Source: Candidatus Kerfeldbacteria bacterium RIFCSPLOWO2_02_FULL_42_19 (GTDB taxonomy: Bacteria > Patescibacteriota > Patescibacteriia > HO2-48-17). From it: a stretch of 64,000 bases of DNA. Position 1 is the first letter of the stretch, and each line of letters begins with the position of its first letter. The DNA lies in NCBI GenBank assembly GCA_001818315.1, contig MHKF01000010.1:3853-67852 (forward strand). Direction: 5' to 3'. Below, piece after piece: positions 59,737-64,000 of this stretch. The position numbers were made by a program, and so were the translations under genes. The notes under the pieces are model-generated. The model was not told the DNA's origin. It did no database searches and saw only the letters and a list, made by a program, of their open reading frames with translations.

Positions 59737-59812
59737 AGCAGGGAAGTACACTGTAATTTCGAAACACACTGTGCAGTGTTAGTACTTCGAAATTACAGTG
59801 TACTTCCCTGCT
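59737..59812. terminator. 27-bp perfect palindrome with A-tract before and T-tract after; likely bidirectional terminator; same family as 22176 and 40327
   Basis: agcagggaagtacactgtaatttcgaa / ttcgaaattacagtgtacttccctgct; the centre contains cacactgtgcagtgt; flanked by aaaaaa and ggttttgt; sits between convergent genes. Confidence 0.7.
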
Positions 59813-59830
59813 GGTTTTGTATATCCGAAA

Positions 59831-61396
59831 TTAAGGAACTGCAAAAATCACAACCTCGTCATCCGCATACACTTCAACAAAACGTTTCTCTCGCTCCACG
59901 AGGCGCATCATCGCGGTATGATCTTTTTCAACATGAATATAACGCGCACGAAATGTATCGTGAACCGTCTCATAAACATTTTCTGCCAGCTTACCGGTAG
60001 TAATCTCTACCCATTTCCAATATCGTTCGCGATCGTTATTGTACATAAATGTTGGGTCCAATCCGACGATATAAAAATTTTTTGTATTCCAATAAAAAAG
60101 CATGGGAAAATCATCCCAATCGCTATGGAGCACAATATCGCCAGCATCACTATGCTCCTCAAGCCACGTCGCAGAAGCACGAAACTTCGTGTACGGAAGG
60201 CCATCGTGCGTGTCCTGAAGATTCGAACGAATATCACGCCCGATCACTGCTGGAAAAATTACAGCGACATAAGCAAGCCCAAGAACACCGGCCCACACAT
60301 CCAAACGCTTCCAAGAGTGTTGAAAATGCTGCCAGAAAAACGAGGTAGCTTGCTGCAATATCTGCGAACCAACGGTTGCAGCAAAAAGTGTTGCAAACGG
60401 CACATAATACTCAACGTAGCGACGAGACTTAAACGTGAGAAGTAAAAAGAAAATCATCCACACGAAGGTCGTCCATGAAAAAATATGTTGTTTTCGAATA
60501 TGCCACACAAACCAAATCAAAGCGACAACAACAAAAAGTGAAAGAAGTATAGAACGAGCAATGAGTTGAGAGGGTTCATAAGGATACCATTCCCCTCCGA
60601 CACCGATGGTATCGCGATAATTCACAACACCGATCTGAATCAACTGATGCCAGTAAAACGTAAGGTTTTTTGGAAAATAAGGATGGATAAGGACGCCGAG
60701 CGCAGTGCCAGAAACAACCGCAGCAAAAAGCGTTAAAGGTTGCTTCACGATGTCCCAAGATACGTGCCGATATTGAACACACTCAAACATGATTCGAAAA
60801 AAACATAACACACTCGTCAGTATCGGAAGTAATAAAAATCCGCCATATGACCAAACATAAAAAAATGACCAAACACAAAGAAGTATTTTGCGTTTTTCGA
60901 AAGCAAAAAGTAATCCTACAAAAAGCCAAACGAGTGAAAAGCCAACAGCCTTTGCAAGACTTAAGCGAAATGTAAAAGGTATCGTAAGGATTAATAAGAG
61001 CGCCCACAAAAACGGCCACGACACACGTGCTTTACGAAGAAACAAAAAGAATATGACGCTTAAAAGCGATCCTAAAAAAGCTGTGGCGACTTTTAAACCC
61101 AAAAACGGTTGCAAGAAAGAAATAAAAGGTATGAGAAAAACATGATAAAAAAAATGCTGATCGATATAATACCTCGTAAGGACCGTATATTGCGCCCATG
61201 GGAAATCTCGCACAACGCCATAATCACGGAGAAGTTCCGTCACTTTCAGATGATAAAAGGAATCAGGATCAGGAAAATTTGGACTCCATTGATACCACAA
61301 AAATAACCCCCACGAAATCAAAAAAATACTCAGGTATTGAACAACCGGTCTCGTAAAAAAATTTTGTAATCGGTGCAGGCGATGTGAGATGTACAT
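59831..61396 (-). CDS. polytopic membrane protein, GT-C-like
   Basis: About 521 aa, more than 12 helices, acidic first loop (DPDSFYH). Confidence 0.4.
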   Translation of the reverse strand: MYISHRLHRLQNFFTRPVVQYLSIFLISWGLFLWYQWSPNFPDPDSFYHLKVTELLRDYGVVRDFPWAQYTVLTRYYIDQHFFYHVFLIPFISFLQPFLGLKVATAFLGSLLSVIFFLFLRKARVSWPFLWALLLILTIPFTFRLSLAKAVGFSLVWLFVGLLFAFEKRKILLCVWSFFYVWSYGGFLLLPILTSVLCFFRIMFECVQYRHVSWDIVKQPLTLFAAVVSGTALGVLIHPYFPKNLTFYWHQLIQIGVVNYRDTIGVGGEWYPYEPSQLIARSILLSLFVVVALIWFVWHIRKQHIFSWTTFVWMIFFLLLTFKSRRYVEYYVPFATLFAATVGSQILQQATSFFWQHFQHSWKRLDVWAGVLGLAYVAVIFPAVIGRDIRSNLQDTHDGLPYTKFRASATWLEEHSDAGDIVLHSDWDDFPMLFYWNTKNFYIVGLDPTFMYNNDRERYWKWVEITTGKLAENVYETVHDTFRARYIHVEKDHTAMMRLVEREKRFVEVYADDEVVIFAVP

Positions 61397-61503
61397 ATTT
61401 ACACCATAGTAGGTATTACGTCAAATATTCAATTACATGGACAAAAGATGCCTAACTTTATAAAAACAAAATCACGTATCTTAATAACTCATAGGATTGT
61501 CCC

Positions 61504-63918
61504 CTAATACGCTTCAACCCGACTTTTCGTACCTGTCGCGTTTACAAATTCTCCGGCGCTGACAACACGAGCATAATATCCGAATCCAAATGCATCACCC
61601 CACGTATGGCAGAAGGTAAGTTGCTGACCCTGAGCAGATTCCGGAGGTACCGGATGATATTGTTTTACAAAGGAACCTGAAAGATAGGCCAAAGCACTCG
61701 GCAAAGTCTCAACGAACAACGCGCAATCTTGAGTATTAGTATTTTGAGTTTTACTCAAAGGCAGGACATTCGACGCGTTTGATTCGGACGAGTTGTCACG
61801 TGCACTAGCATGGAGTTCCACAAAAACAATCGAGCCCTCAGGAAGAGTTGCCGGCGACTCTCCATTCAACAAAAAGTAAGTTCGTAAAAAAGAAGGAATA
61901 TTCCCCGGCTGTTGCGTGTCATCCTGTGAAAATGGAACAACTTCAAACATACGTCGAAATTTTTCACGATATTCTCCAGTATCTACTTCCAACACGGCTT
62001 CAAAGACACCTCCAGGAAGTTCGCCAAGCCGTGCATATACCGGTGTTCCCGTTTCTCCTTGCAAGGTAATGCCGATATTAAGAAGAGGGATATCAAGTTT
62101 GAAAGTGACGGGTTGATTTGCAGGGATAAGACGTCCTGTTGCATTCAAACGCAACTGAGGCGTGTCACCAACAAAATACTGCGGAAGAATTCCGAAATCA
62201 ACACGGAAGGGAGCAAAAACTTCCAAAGGCATCATCTGTGTTCCAGCAAATCCGTCCGGTGACCAAGCTTGAGCGTGCAAAAAATATTCTCCTTCGCGTT
62301 CTGGTAAGATTAGAGTTGCATCAGTTTTTATATCAGCAACAGTATTCACAAGTACCGACGCAGTTACAAATGTTTGTTGTGCAAGCATACGTTCCGGCAC
62401 AGAAAAGAGGGGTGTCGCGGCAGTAGGAGAGATGACTGGACTTTGCGTACGAAGTGTTGGATATTGATGTGATCGATACGTCATACGTGATTGTGCATCA
62501 GCATCAAACGGTTGGAAAATGTGCGAAAGCACATCAGGCGAAAGTTGCGAATCTGAAATAAAAAGGAATATCGACGCTGGCTTCGGCGCATCGGAAGCAT
62601 CTGTTACTGAGATTTCGACAGTCAACTGCTCAGAAGGAGCGAGTAAAGTACGCAGAGAAGTCAAGCGCACCTCAAGTTTTCGCGAAGAAGCATCGTATTG
62701 CAAATCATCCGAGTGCGTACGAGCTTCAGTATAGGTCACCCCATCGAACAATACGCCAGAAAGACGAACTGCCGGAATATGATCTTCAAGCAATGTAAAA
62801 AGATAATCACTTGTATTTTTCAAAAGCGTCTTTTGAAAAGTCTCGTTTTCTTCCACAAAAAGAATATTGGCATTTTTCTGATCTGGTATCGGCTGATTCC
62901 CTTGTTTAAAGGTAGCCTGCACGACTTCATGCAAACGAATCGACTTACGCGCTGCATCAGTTTCAAGCGATAACGCATACGCGGGTTTCAATGCGAGTGT
63001 GTCTGCAAAAAGTTCATGGGTCATAACGAGGCTACGATTCGCATTATCCTTTGCAAGCAAACGCAAATCAATACTCCCCGTATCATAAGGAAGTAAGAGA
63101 CGAGCCTCCCCCTGAACATCCGTATACACAACATCAGGATCAGACGTACTGACTTCAACCGTCACATCTTGTACCGGTATAGAAGTCTTCTGAAGCACAT
63201 CATAAGCAGTATCATGATTATAATTCACAGGCTTTTTGAACGTCGCATCAACGCGCAGGGGTTTACGAGCAAGTCTCTTTGTACTCAAAGGAAGAACCTG
63301 CTGCGAATCAATAATAGAGCTCAAAGGACGCGGATACAAAGTAAAATCTAATTCATACGCCGAAAGTACAAGCTCAAGTTGTCCGGATTTTAAATCGTAC
63401 TGTTCAAGCACTGGCACAACAGCACCGGCATAAACATCAATGTAGGCCACTGCAAACGGCTCGACAAAAAAATCATACGGTGAAGTCTTCACAACAATCT
63501 CTTGCCTTTCGAAAGGTTCCGGTCCCTCAAAAAAAAGCTGTTTTTGGAAAGAAAAAACACCGGATGCATTTGTGATACCGAGTTGTTTCCCATTACGATC
63601 ATATATAAGTAAACCTTGCACCGGCGTGCTATCCGCATATCGCGCGTTCACAACAAACGAAACTTCAGTACTTGAAACAACACCATACTTTGAAGCCTCT
63701 AAAGTGATGGAAAAATCCGTAGCTTGTACAGGCGCCGTGCGAAGAGAAATCTGTTCCGAAGCAACTATCTGTTCATCAACAACTATTTCCACAAAAAAAG
63801 ACGCTTGCGTAGGAATAACTTCCGGCATGCGTAATTCCCCTTGAAAAGTAAATTGCGATGAAAGCGAAATTGTTTGAGTATCAAATACAATGCGCGATTG
63901 CGCAGTGTCTGCGAGCAC
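61504..63918 (-). CDS. large beta-rich surface/secreted protein with repeated Ig/CarboxypepD_reg-like modules
   Basis: 804-aa ORF with repetitive beta-strand-like composition; in-frame stop just upstream of the first Met, so the start lies inside the window. Confidence 0.4.
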   Translation of the reverse strand: MLADTAQSRIVFDTQTISLSSQFTFQGELRMPEVIPTQASFFVEIVVDEQIVASEQISLRTAPVQATDFSITLEASKYGVVSSTEVSFVVNARYADSTPVQGLLIYDRNGKQLGITNASGVFSFQKQLFFEGPEPFERQEIVVKTSPYDFFVEPFAVAYIDVYAGAVVPVLEQYDLKSGQLELVLSAYELDFTLYPRPLSSIIDSQQVLPLSTKRLARKPLRVDATFKKPVNYNHDTAYDVLQKTSIPVQDVTVEVSTSDPDVVYTDVQGEARLLLPYDTGSIDLRLLAKDNANRSLVMTHELFADTLALKPAYALSLETDAARKSIRLHEVVQATFKQGNQPIPDQKNANILFVEENETFQKTLLKNTSDYLFTLLEDHIPAVRLSGVLFDGVTYTEARTHSDDLQYDASSRKLEVRLTSLRTLLAPSEQLTVEISVTDASDAPKPASIFLFISDSQLSPDVLSHIFQPFDADAQSRMTYRSHQYPTLRTQSPVISPTAATPLFSVPERMLAQQTFVTASVLVNTVADIKTDATLILPEREGEYFLHAQAWSPDGFAGTQMMPLEVFAPFRVDFGILPQYFVGDTPQLRLNATGRLIPANQPVTFKLDIPLLNIGITLQGETGTPVYARLGELPGGVFEAVLEVDTGEYREKFRRMFEVVPFSQDDTQQPGNIPSFLRTYFLLNGESPATLPEGSIVFVELHASARDNSSESNASNVLPLSKTQNTNTQDCALFVETLPSALAYLSGSFVKQYHPVPPESAQGQQLTFCHTWGDAFGFGYYARVVSAGEFVNATGTKSRVEAY

Positions 63919-64000
63919 TGCAACTAAAGCAAGCTCTTTGCGCGCGTCATTAAAACGTATATCTTCTTCCGTTAAACCTGTGGGGTCTCTTGGAGTTGAC

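Overview
This looks like a low-GC (about 40% by eye) bacterial window from a small-genome, Candidate-Phyla-Radiation/Patescibacteria-like organism. Hallmarks of that lineage here: a 23S-5S rRNA pair not preceded by 16S; two group I introns in the 23S, one carrying a decayed LAGLIDADG homing endonuclease; five tandem TrbC/VirB2-like pilin paralogs; lamin-tail-domain secreted proteins; many lipoproteins and GT-C-type membrane proteins. Gene order, left to right: an LTD repeat protein; a lipoprotein; tRNA-Leu(TAG) followed by a truncated serine recombinase. Then comes a GC-rich RiPP-like cassette: a radical SAM/SPASM maturase with a fused PqqD-like RRE, a 50-aa Cys-rich precursor ORF missing from the ORF track, and an HExxH metallopeptidase. 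The cassette sits between near-identical ~234-bp inverted repeats. Housekeeping and accessory genes follow: SDR epimerase, S8 subtilisin, typA, an AAC(6')-I-like GNAT, and a GC-rich deoxysugar-like island (putative hexose 2,3-dehydratase, SAM methyltransferase, large hypothetical) interrupted by an M20 peptidase. A mobile-element hotspot precedes the rRNA: a dead IS3 copy, two IS481-family transposases (one fused in frame to a DUF1016 nuclease remnant) and an IS4-like fragment. Further right are a putative EndoQ-like PHP protein, galU, an ABC substrate-binding protein, a VTC/CYTH - metallophosphoesterase - CotH - DUF4956 block, and a glycosylation locus (polyprenol-P-mannose synthase, several GT-C-like membrane proteins, LtaS-like sulfatase). 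A family of unusually long perfect palindromes with a shared core and covarying arms recurs at three intergenic sites. All calls are from reading the sequence; none was verified by database search.
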